A program made the translations under genes and the position numbers. DNA of 64,000 nucleotides from a virus (Duplodnaviria; Caudoviricetes). Positions 17,962-29,508 of the stretch are shown here, piece after piece. The DNA is taken from the IMG/VR virus record IMGVR_UViG_3300014641_000001, positions 60,266 through 124,265 of that record, one strand, 5' to 3'. Under the pieces are notes generated by a model. It was not told the DNA's origin, made no database searches, and worked only from the letters and a program-made list of their open reading frames with translations. Position 1 is the stretch's first letter. Each line of letters begins with the position of its first letter.

Positions 17962-20307
17962 TTATGCTACCTTCTTATCTAACAATTCGGTTAAAAAGGT
18001 ATTTTTATCGCTGATACCACTTTGCAGTACGGCTTTATATAAGGCTGCATTCTGTGCCACAATGGTGCATTCATCTTCTGCTCTTGTAACCATTGTGTAT
18101 AGTAGTTCTTTGGTAAGCATATCCGGTGGAACTGAACTATCTAACACACCAATAATACATTTTGCAGATGATCCTTGATATTTATGCGTCGTTGATGCGT
18201 ATCCAAGAATCACACTTGAGCTTACTTCTGCGATTGTGAAATATACTTTATCATTTATAATGGGAAAGAAAATCTCAACCATGTTTGTATAGACATTAAT
18301 TGTTTTGAGTATACCTACCCACCCATTGAACACTGGTGTCTTAATTCCTTCTATATTAAATAGCTTATAATTGTTCTTGATACACATTATCTTATCGCCC
18401 TCACGCAAGAAGAACTGTTTATCTTTGCTGAGTTGTACTTTTATCTCTTGTTTAAACGCTTCTGGTGGATTTAGATACTTTTGGATATCCTGATTCAAAT
18501 TGAATACGCTTGAATTCCCTCTCTCTTTACAAGTTGCAAGAATCTGTATATCCATAATTTCTTTCTTTACAAGGCTACTGTTGTATTTCTCAATAAAATG
18601 CTTCACTACCATTTCCCTTGTTTCAGAACTCGTATCTGTAATATCAAAATGCATATCTTGTAATTCACCCATTGTTTCAAATCCAACAAACTTCTTATCA
18701 AAGATAGGTTCGCCATTTCTTATTGATTGCGAAGCAGTGATAATACCGGATTTTTGTGCCTGTCTATGAATTTTTGTAAGTTCAATCGTTGTAATATAGT
18801 TGCTGTCGTAAATATCGTGAGCAAGATTCATACATCCAATCGACTCTAGCTGTCCCATGTCCCCAAGAATTATCAATTTACAACCATCTGGAATTGCTTT
18901 AATCAATGATAAGAATATTTCTCCACCAACTAATGAAATCTCATCTAGTACAATGATGTCATATTCTAAAGGATTTTCTTCGTTAAAATTAAATCCGTTT
19001 GGTGGCTGAAATCCTAATAATCTGTGAATTGTGTATCCTTCTTTGCCAGTTACCTCCTGTAATCTTGCGCTTGCTTTGCCCGCTAAAGCTGTCTGTGCAA
19101 AGGAGTATTTCTTTAGTGATTCCAATATTCCAGACACTAAAGACGATTTACCTGTACCTGCGCCACCAGTTATGAAGCATATCTGATTGTCTAGTCCTAA
19201 TTTGATACCGTTTTTCTGCTCATCTGTGAACTTCCAGCCTTGCTTTTGCTCTTGTGCAGCAACTGTTTCCTCCCAATTGTTGTATTCAAAATCGTTTTTT
19301 GCTGAAGCGATCCGCTTTAAATGCTTGCAGATCTCATTCTCTAAATCGTAATACTTCTTGAGATATACTTTTCTATTAGCCTTATTCTCTGAATCTTCAA
19401 GAACAATAATTTCTTTTTCTGTGAGTTCTTCAATGGCTTGACCAATATTATTGCCTGTTATATTTTCTTCTTCGTCTGTATATACTTCAAGAATATTTTC
19501 TTTACCACCAAACTCATCAAAGATATACCCTGTCAGTTCACCAGAAGTTATGTATGAATTACCGCTTTGGCCTAAATCATTAAGAATAAAATTAATATAT
19601 CCCTTGATTCTTTCAGGCGATGTTTCATTAATTCCACTCTTTAATGCGATAGCATCTGCTGTTTTAAACCCAATACCATCAATATCGAAGCTCAATTTAT
19701 AAGGATTTGTCTTCACAATCTCGATAACAGTGTGAGGATTCTTATATTTCTTTATTAGTTTCTGTATGAATTTAGGTGTTAAACCATATTCATCAAGCTC
19801 CAAATATACTTCACAGTTGTCTTTGTTATCTTCAAATCTATCGACAATGCAGTTTGCAATATAATCTCCAACTCCATTTACCTTTTTCAGGCTACTGATG
19901 TCATGATCTTCGATTACTTTTAGCGGATTCTCCAACACTTTGAACATCTCTGAAATCTGTAAATCGGTAAGAAATGTTTTTAAAAATGCTTTTTGATTGG
20001 TTACAGTAGATAAATTGATTAACTGACCGATGAACATCAATTCATACTGCTTGCCTCGTTTCTCGTCTTCTACCTCTTTTGCTATAATCGTATAATCTTT
20101 GGTTGGATCAATTTCTTCTTCATATACACCCTTAATAACCAATCCACCCCAATTATCAGTGGCCGGCTCCCCTTCAAGAACCAACATTGGATACCAACTT
20201 ACTATTCCAAAAGTGTCTTCACCTTTGCCAAGTATGGTCGGGTATTTAGGGAATAAGACACGATTTAATTTCCCTTCAATTTTAATAACGTTATTCGTCT
20301 TCTTCAC
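17962..20307 (-). CDS. recD2: RecD2-like SF1B helicase
   Basis: GIGFKTAD HhH, GGAGTGKS, DEIS, GD..QL, HRQA, YASTTHKYQGS, LLYTMVTRA. Confidence 0.93.
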   Translation of the reverse strand: MKKTNNVIKIEGKLNRVLFPKYPTILGKGEDTFGIVSWYPMLVLEGEPATDNWGGLVIKGVYEEEIDPTKDYTIIAKEVEDEKRGKQYELMFIGQLINLSTVTNQKAFLKTFLTDLQISEMFKVLENPLKVIEDHDISSLKKVNGVGDYIANCIVDRFEDNKDNCEVYLELDEYGLTPKFIQKLIKKYKNPHTVIEIVKTNPYKLSFDIDGIGFKTADAIALKSGINETSPERIKGYINFILNDLGQSGNSYITSGELTGYIFDEFGGKENILEVYTDEEENITGNNIGQAIEELTEKEIIVLEDSENKANRKVYLKKYYDLENEICKHLKRIASAKNDFEYNNWEETVAAQEQKQGWKFTDEQKNGIKLGLDNQICFITGGAGTGKSSLVSGILESLKKYSFAQTALAGKASARLQEVTGKEGYTIHRLLGFQPPNGFNFNEENPLEYDIIVLDEISLVGGEIFLSLIKAIPDGCKLIILGDMGQLESIGCMNLAHDIYDSNYITTIELTKIHRQAQKSGIITASQSIRNGEPIFDKKFVGFETMGELQDMHFDITDTSSETREMVVKHFIEKYNSSLVKKEIMDIQILATCKERGNSSVFNLNQDIQKYLNPPEAFKQEIKVQLSKDKQFFLREGDKIMCIKNNYKLFNIEGIKTPVFNGWVGILKTINVYTNMVEIFFPIINDKVYFTIAEVSSSVILGYASTTHKYQGSSAKCIIGVLDSSVPPDMLTKELLYTMVTRAEDECTIVAQNAALYKAVLQSGISDKNTFLTELLDKKVA

Positions 20308-23300
20308 CGATCCTTTCCGACTGTAACTTTAAATTGCCTTGTTCATCTATCTCAGTAATAAGTTGTAGTGTGTGCCTGTAAGCGGAGTCCACATATTTTT
20401 TAGGAACAAATTGATCTTCACGTCTGTAGCCCGTCACCAATAATTTGTTACCTCTTCCAAACCAAGACTTCTCTAAAACTGTCTTCTTATTACTTTCTTC
20501 ATCCATTTCCGAAATCTGTTTATCATAGAATCCAAACTGACCTTTATAGAATTTAACCGTAACTACACCATTAGGAGTTAATAACGTAATGCTGTGTTTG
20601 TTTTTATCTTTATCGAGAACGGTTCCACAGATTCTTGTAAGTTTAAATCGTGGGCGTTCTTTTCCTCTCCAAACATAATGTTCAGATACTTTTGGTACTT
20701 CTGGAAGTGAGTTAAAATCTGAAATCATATATTCTTGTTTATTTACATGTGCTAATTCATGTTCATGGTAATAAAAACTTAACGAATCCATCTCCCATTT
20801 AGAGATTGTTCCTTCTGCCTTTTCAGTCCATGTACTTTCAAACCGATTCTTATTCACAACCGCAAGGAACTGTTTGTTGCCAAGTACCTTTGATTTGAAA
20901 TCTGCCATCAACTTATCGTATTCTCTGTCAATGCTTCCACGCTTAACCAATATAAAACCATCCTCGTCATACTCATAATCTTTGTTTTCCTGCATATTTG
21001 ACTCAAAATGCTCAAAGAAAAATGATTCTGAAAACTGTCTATCTAGCCTGTAATAATATGTATTAGGCGATTTACCTCTTTTTTCAGCGAGAAAATGATT
21101 CGAGAAAATATACTTTCTAAATTTGTAGAGTCTGTATTCATACTTCTCTTGCTTTTCTGTAAGCATTCCAATATCATGTAATGTCTGAATGCTATCCATT
21201 TGAAGATTAGAAAGCGGATTGGATATCTTTTTGATGTAATCTTTCATTATCTCTACTCTATCTTTCTTCTCCAATCTGTCGAAGCAGCCAGCTTTGATCA
21301 GAGTAATTACTGCCTTGTCACCAAATTTATTATCCTTATCTTCATTTTTGTACACATTCATCTTTTTCAAGAAGTCTTCCAAGCTTTCATATGGTTGGTT
21401 CTTAATAATCGCTCTCACGATATCTTCACCAACTCCGCATATTCCCATTAAACCAAAGACAATTTCATCCTCCTCTACGTCTGGTTCAAACCCGAATTTT
21501 GCTTTATTGATATTAGGTAACTCTATTTTTTGTCCCCTGTTTTGTATTTCGCTTATTGCCTTTGCAATTTTGCCGTAGTTTGTAGACTTATTATTCTCGT
21601 TGTTTTCGTCTGCACCGGCATTAATTGTTAAGCAAGCCGTATTCCAAAATATTTTATTGTAGTGATATGCGAGATTCATTTCTTGTAAGCAAATGGCCGA
21701 ATAAGGAAATGTATGATTCTGGGAGAAGGAATAACCAAAACTCTTTTTAAATTGTACATACCACACATATTCGAGCATTTTACTGCTCGTACCTATTTCT
21801 TCTCCCTTTTTAAAGAACAACTGTCTTGCTTTTTCAAGTACATCAGCTTTCTTTTTTGCAATTGATTTTCTAATCATGTTAGCTTCTGCAACCGTGAAGT
21901 TCGCAATCTTCTCATCCATAGATAACTTCATTACAACTTCCTGTGTCTCAGCTACCCCGTACACGGGTAACAAGTGTGGTTCAAGTGTTTTAATCTCTTC
22001 ATCTGTTAATCCATAATCTCTCATTTCCTTATACCAAAGATTTATATCCGCCTTATATTTGATGTAAGTATCAATGGGGGATTCTTCACCTTGCTCTGGC
22101 ATAAGTCTCATAAGTGAATTTGCTGTTGCTAATTCGGGTAAAGTGTGTGGCTTAACTTTCTTTGCTGCCTGTGACCCTGTGGGAGTATCAAACTGAAAAG
22201 CATCAATTATTTCGTTATTTCCCACCATGTCCCACATTTCTTTCGTGTCATAGTCCAATACGTCGGGATGAATATATTTATCGTATGTAGACTTAATATC
22301 ACCTTGGTCTTCAAGAACACCCTTTTCTATAAGTAAATCAATGGCTTTGTGTTCCTTATCCAACCCTAAAATTGTTAAACAATCAAATTTAAGCGCGCCA
22401 GTCCAATCCGAATCATGCATATTATAGGCTGTAATATCGGTGCCGTTTGGTGCTTTCATCTTACTGTTGTGTTCTAAATAACCACTGTCGAAGATGTATA
22501 CTGCCGATGCATGAATGGAACGTCCACACACAAGTCCTTCAATTAGTAACATAACCTCTTTCAGACCTTCATATTTTTCAACCGCATTTCTAAACTCAGT
22601 AACTGGCGGTCTGTTCTTTTCGGTATTTCCCTCAAAGCAATCTTTTAAAGACCAATTAGATCCTCTTTCAAATGGAATCATGTCTGCGATTGCTTGTGCA
22701 GTATCATTATCTAGCCCCCAACCTTTACAGGCTGTCAACGTACAACTCTTCGTACCTTCTGTTCGTAATGTCAAGGTATTAAGGACATTATCAATACCAA
22801 AATACTGTTTCATCAGACTAAATATCTCTTGTCTCTTGGCCGACTCTGAATCTACATCAATATCAGGAAGTTCCGGTCTTTCTGCGCTCAGGTGCCGCCA
22901 ATGAGGCAAACCATATTTCATAGGATTCATCTGTGTTATTCCTATTGCATATGCCATAAGAAATCCTGTAACAGAACCTCTTGCTACACCTACATAAGAT
23001 ACCTTCCACATAATTTCATTGATGATTCGTTGTACAAGAACATAATATGTAGCCAATCTCATACCAATTTTTTCTGAAATATTCCATACCTCACCTAGTT
23101 CAGCGTCTAGTCTGGACACAACTGCTTCTCTATATTGAAGTTTTTTGGTGATGATTGACTGCTCAATCATGTACATCAGATACTTTTCTTGCTTGTCATC
23201 GCTTTCAGCAAACTTCTTTATGTACTTATATTTAGGATAGAATTCTTTAAACACATGTCTCAACTCCACGTCTGGAATTGACTTATCGCTTGGAACAATA

Positions 23301-24364
23301 ACTGAATGACTAAGATCGTAAGTTTCAATTATGTGGTGCATTTTCATTGTGTTGGCAAAGCCGGTAACAATTTCTTCTTCTGTGAGGTGTGAACTCAGTA
23401 AATCATGCAATTCCTGAACATCCATCATATAAGTTGTTGCGTAGAAATCGCCTAATTCTCGATTGCTTACATTATCTTCGTCTGCTTTTAGATATGCTTC
23501 GTGAACTGGTCTGTGTTCCTTTTTTAAATAATGGCTATCCGTAGCAAATGAATAATCAATTCCGTATGCCTTAGACAGCATAATCAACTTTTGATTGACA
23601 ATAATTTGAGGATGTGTTTCTTGTAGCGACTCTTGTGGGATTTCTAATGTTGGTTGCAACTCCAAGAAAAAATTCTCTTTGCCAAATACGTTAATTCCCC
23701 ATGTAATATATTCATGAATCTGTCTCTTTGCTGCAACATTGCCGTCTCTAAAAAACGACAGCACATAATTTGGTAACTCCCCACCCAAACAGGCCGTGGT
23801 GGCAATAATATTGCCTTTCTCATCTCCGATTATCTCTTCTAATTCACTTTTAACAGTAGGTACACGTTCCATTTTCCCTTGCCGGTACCAATTCTTCCAC
23901 GCACTTTCAGACGATATTTTTTTTATTTGCTCATATCCTTTTGCGTTCTTTGCTATTAAAATGAAATGCCAAAACTTTGTAACACCTGATTCGTAGTTTT
24001 CTTTTACGTCTGCTATGTCATTGATAAGATAAATCTCATTACCTAATCCCAACTTGAAATCATCGTCCATTACTTCAAGATATTTCAGATTCTTTTGAAT
24101 GTCTTTATCTTCTGCAATGGCTATTTCGTCATTCTCGCTTTTAAGTTTCTTATATTTATTATGTAGGCATTTCAACTCCTGAAATCGTTGCATTATCCTA
24201 ATATGAGAGGAAACACTTTCATGCTCAGTAATGCTTACGCCTTTGTACCTTAGTTCTACTGCTCTATTTACTATATCCTCTGCCCTGATAATACAATCCT
24301 TTAATCGAAAATTAGAGTCTTCCGAATGATTATGGTTGGACATAAAATCGTAAATTGTATTCAT
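20291..24364 (-). CDS. dnaE: DNA polymerase III alpha subunit
   Basis: PHP domain (HNHS, ITEHE, TDSHY), GVARGS, PDIDVD, SIHASAV, LKFDCL, YSFSQNH. Confidence 0.96.
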   Translation of the reverse strand: MNTIYDFMSNHNHSEDSNFRLKDCIIRAEDIVNRAVELRYKGVSITEHESVSSHIRIMQRFQELKCLHNKYKKLKSENDEIAIAEDKDIQKNLKYLEVMDDDFKLGLGNEIYLINDIADVKENYESGVTKFWHFILIAKNAKGYEQIKKISSESAWKNWYRQGKMERVPTVKSELEEIIGDEKGNIIATTACLGGELPNYVLSFFRDGNVAAKRQIHEYITWGINVFGKENFFLELQPTLEIPQESLQETHPQIIVNQKLIMLSKAYGIDYSFATDSHYLKKEHRPVHEAYLKADEDNVSNRELGDFYATTYMMDVQELHDLLSSHLTEEEIVTGFANTMKMHHIIETYDLSHSVIVPSDKSIPDVELRHVFKEFYPKYKYIKKFAESDDKQEKYLMYMIEQSIITKKLQYREAVVSRLDAELGEVWNISEKIGMRLATYYVLVQRIINEIMWKVSYVGVARGSVTGFLMAYAIGITQMNPMKYGLPHWRHLSAERPELPDIDVDSESAKRQEIFSLMKQYFGIDNVLNTLTLRTEGTKSCTLTACKGWGLDNDTAQAIADMIPFERGSNWSLKDCFEGNTEKNRPPVTEFRNAVEKYEGLKEVMLLIEGLVCGRSIHASAVYIFDSGYLEHNSKMKAPNGTDITAYNMHDSDWTGALKFDCLTILGLDKEHKAIDLLIEKGVLEDQGDIKSTYDKYIHPDVLDYDTKEMWDMVGNNEIIDAFQFDTPTGSQAAKKVKPHTLPELATANSLMRLMPEQGEESPIDTYIKYKADINLWYKEMRDYGLTDEEIKTLEPHLLPVYGVAETQEVVMKLSMDEKIANFTVAEANMIRKSIAKKKADVLEKARQLFFKKGEEIGTSSKMLEYVWYVQFKKSFGYSFSQNHTFPYSAICLQEMNLAYHYNKIFWNTACLTINAGADENNENNKSTNYGKIAKAISEIQNRGQKIELPNINKAKFGFEPDVEEDEIVFGLMGICGVGEDIVRAIIKNQPYESLEDFLKKMNVYKNEDKDNKFGDKAVITLIKAGCFDRLEKKDRVEIMKDYIKKISNPLSNLQMDSIQTLHDIGMLTEKQEKYEYRLYKFRKYIFSNHFLAEKRGKSPNTYYYRLDRQFSESFFFEHFESNMQENKDYEYDEDGFILVKRGSIDREYDKLMADFKSKVLGNKQFLAVVNKNRFESTWTEKAEGTISKWEMDSLSFYYHEHELAHVNKQEYMISDFNSLPEVPKVSEHYVWRGKERPRFKLTRICGTVLDKDKNKHSITLLTPNGVVTVKFYKGQFGFYDKQISEMDEESNKKTVLEKSWFGRGNKLLVTGYRREDQFVPKKYVDSAYRHTLQLITEIDEQGNLKLQSERIGEEDE

Positions 24365-24378
24365 GCTCCCTCTCTTTC

Positions 24379-26220
24379 TTAGAATAGGAAATCGTCTTCC
24401 AGTGTAATGTTGTTTTTACTTGTAGGATTATATTCTTCACTTTCGAAATACTTAATTTTTACTTGTGGGTATCTCTGACCTTCCCATTCATTTAATGTGA
24501 ATGTACCGATAATCGTCATGTGTAATGTTTTCTTGTTCTCGCCCAACATACTTCTGTCTCTTAAGGTCATTGACTCAAATTCACCCTTGCAACAATATTT
24601 TTTAATATAGTCCACATTGTTGTATGAAAACTTGATAAACCCACTGTTATCGCCATACCCGTTAATATCTTTGGCTGGAATTTCAATATTGGTGATAGCA
24701 AATACAGGTTCATTTACTCCCTTTCCCCATATCTCATATGAATCAGCCACTTTCATGACCTGTTGAGGTGTGAGAATATTGCCGTCAATTTCATAATCAA
24801 CTTCATGAATTGTTACAAGATCATCCAGTTTCAGTTTCTTATTACATTCTGCAATAGCCATTGGCAAGTTCTTTTTCTTCAATGTGATACCGAATGCGCC
24901 GGCATGTCCTAAACAATCATCAAAAGCATTTGTTTCTAAAAGAAATTGACGGAAATCATCAATCACACCCTTGTCATATCCTCGACCAGAACCGCCAAAA
25001 GTATCTGAATCTTTGTCTTTCAAGATAACAACGGGTCGCTGATACTTCTCTGCTAACTTATTTGCTACTAACCCGGTTACTGTTTTCTTCGTGAGAATAT
25101 TCGTACCATCTACTATGATTACACTATTCTTAAAAAGTTCCTGTTTTTGGATAGCATCATCAATATCTTTCATGAAGGTTCTTACATCTTTATCCTGTCG
25201 AGACTTAATATTCGTACACACTCTTGCCATTGTTTTTTGTAATGAGTGAATCTCGATAGGTGGTTTTGGACTATCCTTGCCAGCTCCTTTTGGTCTTCTT
25301 GGTTGATACTCTCTATCTTCTATTTCTCCACAAATAGCTCTAAACAAATCAATTTGTTCATCTTCCTTACCATAGCGAATTGCCCCGTTTAATTTTGGTG
25401 CAATTACCCAGCCATAAGTTGTTAGCGTATGACCGATTTTCATTTCTTCTTCGTTCTGAATTGCTAATTCTTTAATAAGTAGATTGTGTCTGTTTTCTTC
25501 TTTGAGTCCCTCTAAAGCATAGTATCTTGTCTCAAAATTCCTCATGTCCATTGAATCCGCTATTAAACCTAAAGAAACTAAATCAAGATAATAATTGCAC
25601 ACTTCTTCCTTGATACCGTATTCCTTTGCATACGCTAAACAAAATTTATGTACTACACCGACACCTGACAATGTTGGATTAGGATATTCGCCATCAGTAC
25701 AATTAATCAATGTTGAGTATTTATACTGTTCCTTGACTATCTCATGGTGATCTAAAATGAGAATTGGTACATTACCAAACTCATAAATATCCTCTCCCTT
25801 TTCATTCTTGTCTGGTGTCAGAGACGCATCTGGAACAATAATCAAATCCAAATCATCAAATTCTGCGTAATCAGATGGCTTTAATCCATGCTCTTTATTA
25901 ATATTTACCTTATATACAATTTCAACTAAAGGGCAAATCTGTTCAATAAATTGCTTAATATAGGCAGCACTTGTAATTCCATCAACATCACAGTCTGGTT
26001 TTAGAAAAATCTTTGGATTTTCATTTCCTAAAACTTTATGTAAAAGCTCAATTCCCTCTTTCATATTTCTAAATAAGAATGGGTCATATATATTGCTTTT
26101 GTTTACGTGTAGAAATCCATATATATCATCTACTCCATTTGCTGCTAATATTGTTTCCAAGAAATCGCATTCTTTGTTAAATGCAACTTTATGAGCAGTA
26201 TTCCATAATAATCTATTCAA
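24379..26220 (-). CDS. recJ: RecJ-like DHH ssDNA exonuclease
   Basis: DCDVDGITS, ILDHH, LSGVGV, GSGRG, GHAGAFG. Confidence 0.92.
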   Translation of the reverse strand: MNRLLWNTAHKVAFNKECDFLETILAANGVDDIYGFLHVNKSNIYDPFLFRNMKEGIELLHKVLGNENPKIFLKPDCDVDGITSAAYIKQFIEQICPLVEIVYKVNINKEHGLKPSDYAEFDDLDLIIVPDASLTPDKNEKGEDIYEFGNVPILILDHHEIVKEQYKYSTLINCTDGEYPNPTLSGVGVVHKFCLAYAKEYGIKEEVCNYYLDLVSLGLIADSMDMRNFETRYYALEGLKEENRHNLLIKELAIQNEEEMKIGHTLTTYGWVIAPKLNGAIRYGKEDEQIDLFRAICGEIEDREYQPRRPKGAGKDSPKPPIEIHSLQKTMARVCTNIKSRQDKDVRTFMKDIDDAIQKQELFKNSVIIVDGTNILTKKTVTGLVANKLAEKYQRPVVILKDKDSDTFGGSGRGYDKGVIDDFRQFLLETNAFDDCLGHAGAFGITLKKKNLPMAIAECNKKLKLDDLVTIHEVDYEIDGNILTPQQVMKVADSYEIWGKGVNEPVFAITNIEIPAKDINGYGDNSGFIKFSYNNVDYIKKYCCKGEFESMTLRDRSMLGENKKTLHMTIIGTFTLNEWEGQRYPQVKIKYFESEEYNPTSKNNITLEDDFLF

Positions 26221-27341
26221 TCTATATTTTCTTCCTCTCTTTCAGTGTTAATCTCAATCTTATTTTTCATAAGGGTTTCCAACACTTCTTTACCCCTGTC
26301 AAAAGGTGACATTTTTTTATCAAGCAGTCCCAGGTTGTCCCACAGCACATAAGTTTTACAATATGGTGTAAACTTGTGTGCTAGAGAACAAATTCGATTA
26401 ACAAAACGTTCATACTTCTTATACTCTTCACTATCTGGATCATAATCTTCAAATTCGGTGGGCGAAAAGTCCTTATCATATCCTAATATGACTTCCTCTA
26501 CTCCAAGACTGAGAAGTACGTCTCTGTGCCAATTGCTAATATTGAATCCACAGGTTGCAACTACAAAAGCATCTTTACCATAATAATCGTGAGCTAACAT
26601 CACTGATTTTTCTGATTCCACAATCAACACTTTCTTTGTCTTCTTGATGCCTTTTATATGTTTATCTAAACCATACAAGTTCATATTTAATGAATGCGTA
26701 TACGTTATTCCCTGAATTGTCTCTGGCATATATTTATTCTTGGTGTCCTTCTCTTGCAAACTTCTACGTCTTATGCCAACTAATTCTCCGTTGAGATTCG
26801 TGTGCGGAATAATAATATGTTTTTGCAATTCATACCAACGAATACCAAATTCTTTCATCGTTTTAATGCTTATACCTTCGCTAATCCATCCAGTATAAAA
26901 AACGTCTTCCTCAAAATACCTAAGAATATTTGTCTCTATTTTAGGTAGTTGCTTTAATTCCTTTTTGATATGTCTTCGTATCTGAATATATTTATCAATC
27001 TTCATAAGTTCCTGATTGATTGAAATATACCTTGTATTAAATCCATATCTATTGCTGATTCCCATTTCATTAGCGACAAACGATATTGCTTCTGGAAATG
27101 TGCAGTTTTTTACTTTCATAACGAAGTTAAATAAACTCATCTGACCACAATTTGTGTAGCAATAAAACGATTTGCTCTCTCTGAAATAACAAAGTTTATG
27201 ACTGTTACCGCCATGGCAGATGGTTTGGAGCCATATCTCTTTATCCTTTACTGCGCCGAAAGGAACTGCACCAAACCTTTCCAACATACTTAAAATCTGT
27301 TCTTCAGTGATATGTTCCAGTAGATAATCCTTATCTATCAA
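26217..27341 (-). CDS. DNA primase (Zn-binding + TOPRIM), SPbeta YorJ-like
   Basis: TICHGG..HKL...CYTNCG, IIIPH...GIRRR, IVESEKSV, LGYDKD. Confidence 0.88.
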   Translation of the reverse strand: MIDKDYLLEHITEEQILSMLERFGAVPFGAVKDKEIWLQTICHGGNSHKLCYFRESKSFYCYTNCGQMSLFNFVMKVKNCTFPEAISFVANEMGISNRYGFNTRYISINQELMKIDKYIQIRRHIKKELKQLPKIETNILRYFEEDVFYTGWISEGISIKTMKEFGIRWYELQKHIIIPHTNLNGELVGIRRRSLQEKDTKNKYMPETIQGITYTHSLNMNLYGLDKHIKGIKKTKKVLIVESEKSVMLAHDYYGKDAFVVATCGFNISNWHRDVLLSLGVEEVILGYDKDFSPTEFEDYDPDSEEYKKYERFVNRICSLAHKFTPYCKTYVLWDNLGLLDKKMSPFDRGKEVLETLMKNKIEINTEREEENID

Positions 27342-27352
27342 GTTATCACCTC

Positions 27353-28984
27353 TTAAAATTCTATTTCCTTTGTTGCATCTTCCTCAATTACTAGGTTATC
27401 TACCGGGTTGACTGTTGCCTTATCCGTGGCATAGCTTTCGTCCTCTATATTTATGTATGTCTTTTCAATATCTTTGATTAGTTTGTACTCATAGTCAGTA
27501 ACAAATAAATCGTGTGTTCTCATGGTTCCGTAATCTATGTAAAGCCAAATTTTTATTTTGTTCCATTTACCGCCTCTATTTTTATACAAAGAGTAAACCA
27601 AATTAGGTGTTGGCTTATTCAACATTTCACGAAGAATAGGCTCGATCTTTTTTAATTCCTTCTCCGATGGTGGCATTGCGATCATTGCTCCATCACATTT
27701 GTCAATTATTGATTTTGCACCTCTTACAATTGTCTGGTCACGATTAGCCTCATTCTTAAAATCCCCCGTTACCTGTGTAAATGAATCAATAGACACATCA
27801 AATTCCCTACTAAAATTTTTTAATTTCTTTGAGAGATTTGACAACACCTGGTCTTCTCTTACAACCATTTTGGTTTTGGATTCCGCTGCATATTCACTAT
27901 TCAGTTCTACAGTTGCACTAATATAGTCAAACCATACATATCCAATATTATGCTCTAGTTTGTGATGCTCAATTACTTCTGATAAAGTGTTTGCATCATA
28001 TTCTGGTACATACTCAAACCAAATATTTGCTTCGTGTTCCAAAATATCAATTGCTTTGTCTACTCTTTCTTCTTCCCCCTCTTCATAGAGGTTAAATTCG
28101 ATATGATCTTGTGGTACGTCTGCTATATAAGCCCATAGAATAGGGTCAATCTCCTCCAAAAGTTCCATTTCTGTCCCAATATATAAAGCACCATTTTTTG
28201 TTCCATTTGGATTCTTGCACCATTTGTCCAATCTCTTGTCATAGTAGTACGGCGCACAAGCATATCCAATATCAGCAATACTCGTTCTGGTCTTTCCAAC
28301 TCCTGTTCCAGCAGATTTTACATTAAATCTTCGTTTTCTCAACCCATGCAAAATTGTAGTAAGGTACGCACTCGAATATCCTAATCCCCATGCTGTATCA
28401 TTCTTCCATTTTTCTTTCTGCCCATGACCACCTACACCAGCTTTTTTAGAATCCCTACCTTCTGTATTAAGGAATGGAGCAATAATCTTAGACTGTTTTT
28501 TCTTAAAGTGATTGATAATATCCTGAATAGAGTACTCATCAAGCATTTTCCTTTGTGATTCAATGGTCACTGGGTCAATCTCGTCTGGATCATAGAAATC
28601 AGAAACATTAATGCCATTCTCAACATAACTTCTAAGAAGAGAAAACTTTTTCAATTGGTCGAAATAATACCTAAAATTATTCAGCATTGCCATTTCTTGT
28701 ACCTTTTCAAGAAATTCAATACCGTTATTCTTCACAAATACTTGGTACTGTGTTTCATAATGCGAAAGGTATTCATCAATAGCAACCGAATCTACTACCT
28801 CTGCTCCCTTTTTAAACAGATTGTTAATGGATGCAAATATCAGCTTATGAAAGGTTTCTGGGAAGTCGTTTTGTACAATTTTATACTCTCTAATCAAAGA
28901 AGGCTCTTGTAATAACCCGCCGATAATTTCTCTTACGGCTTGTTTGCTTTGATAACTATTTAATTTACTTTTATTCAAGTGCAA
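27353..28984 (-). CDS. DnaB-like replicative helicase, SPbeta YorI-like
   Basis: SAGTGVGKTR, GTEME, FDYI, RGAKSIIDK, KNRGG. Confidence 0.9.
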   Translation of the reverse strand: MHLNKSKLNSYQSKQAVREIIGGLLQEPSLIREYKIVQNDFPETFHKLIFASINNLFKKGAEVVDSVAIDEYLSHYETQYQVFVKNNGIEFLEKVQEMAMLNNFRYYFDQLKKFSLLRSYVENGINVSDFYDPDEIDPVTIESQRKMLDEYSIQDIINHFKKKQSKIIAPFLNTEGRDSKKAGVGGHGQKEKWKNDTAWGLGYSSAYLTTILHGLRKRRFNVKSAGTGVGKTRTSIADIGYACAPYYYDKRLDKWCKNPNGTKNGALYIGTEMELLEEIDPILWAYIADVPQDHIEFNLYEEGEEERVDKAIDILEHEANIWFEYVPEYDANTLSEVIEHHKLEHNIGYVWFDYISATVELNSEYAAESKTKMVVREDQVLSNLSKKLKNFSREFDVSIDSFTQVTGDFKNEANRDQTIVRGAKSIIDKCDGAMIAMPPSEKELKKIEPILREMLNKPTPNLVYSLYKNRGGKWNKIKIWLYIDYGTMRTHDLFVTDYEYKLIKDIEKTYINIEDESYATDKATVNPVDNLVIEEDATKEIEF

Positions 28985-28994
28985 CTTTGTCCTT

Positions 28995-29489
28995 TCATAT
29001 TTTGTCTATATCAATAAGTGCTATATCCTCGTACAAATTCTTACTTTCGTTGCTACGTTTTACCTTGATAATTCTCTTGTTCGATGCTATATTTTCAAGA
29101 CTTAATTCAGTAACACTGTCTCTCACTGCTTTCTTGTCTACATAAAATCTTTTCGCATCGTCATACACAAAAGGGATGATACCAATTCCCATACTGTCAG
29201 CGGTATCATGCCCTTCTTGAATCTCATAGAAGAAATTTAGCGTGGTCTTCATGCCTCTATATGTATAATGGAACTGCTCTTTGAAGTCTTTTATTTGTTT
29301 CAACATCCAACCTGTCGGAGCATCTATTTCATATAGTTCACATATATAGGCAATCAAATCTTTATAGTCTTGCGACTCACGCATCTTATTATCGTAGCAA
29401 ATTTTACAGTAGTATTTGGAGTTATGGTATATAGCATTTTCCTTGTCATTGAAAGTTCCACATTCAGGACACTTTACTTTTCTAGCCAT
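28995..29489 (-). CDS. Zn-finger replication protein (YorH-like)
   Basis: KCPECG...YYCKICY; GIGIIPFVYDDA; syntenic position. Confidence 0.7.
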   Translation of the reverse strand: MARKVKCPECGTFNDKENAIYHNSKYYCKICYDNKMRESQDYKDLIAYICELYEIDAPTGWMLKQIKDFKEQFHYTYRGMKTTLNFFYEIQEGHDTADSMGIGIIPFVYDDAKRFYVDKKAVRDSVTELSLENIASNKRIIKVKRSNESKNLYEDIALIDIDKI

Positions 29490-29508
29490 CCAAAACTACC
29501 AGTCCTTT

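Noticed and set aside
20291-24364. Intein or intron in DnaE (also considered for ligase, helicase and NrdD)
   Set aside because: Frames are continuous and I saw no intein splice motifs or LAGLIDADG blocks.
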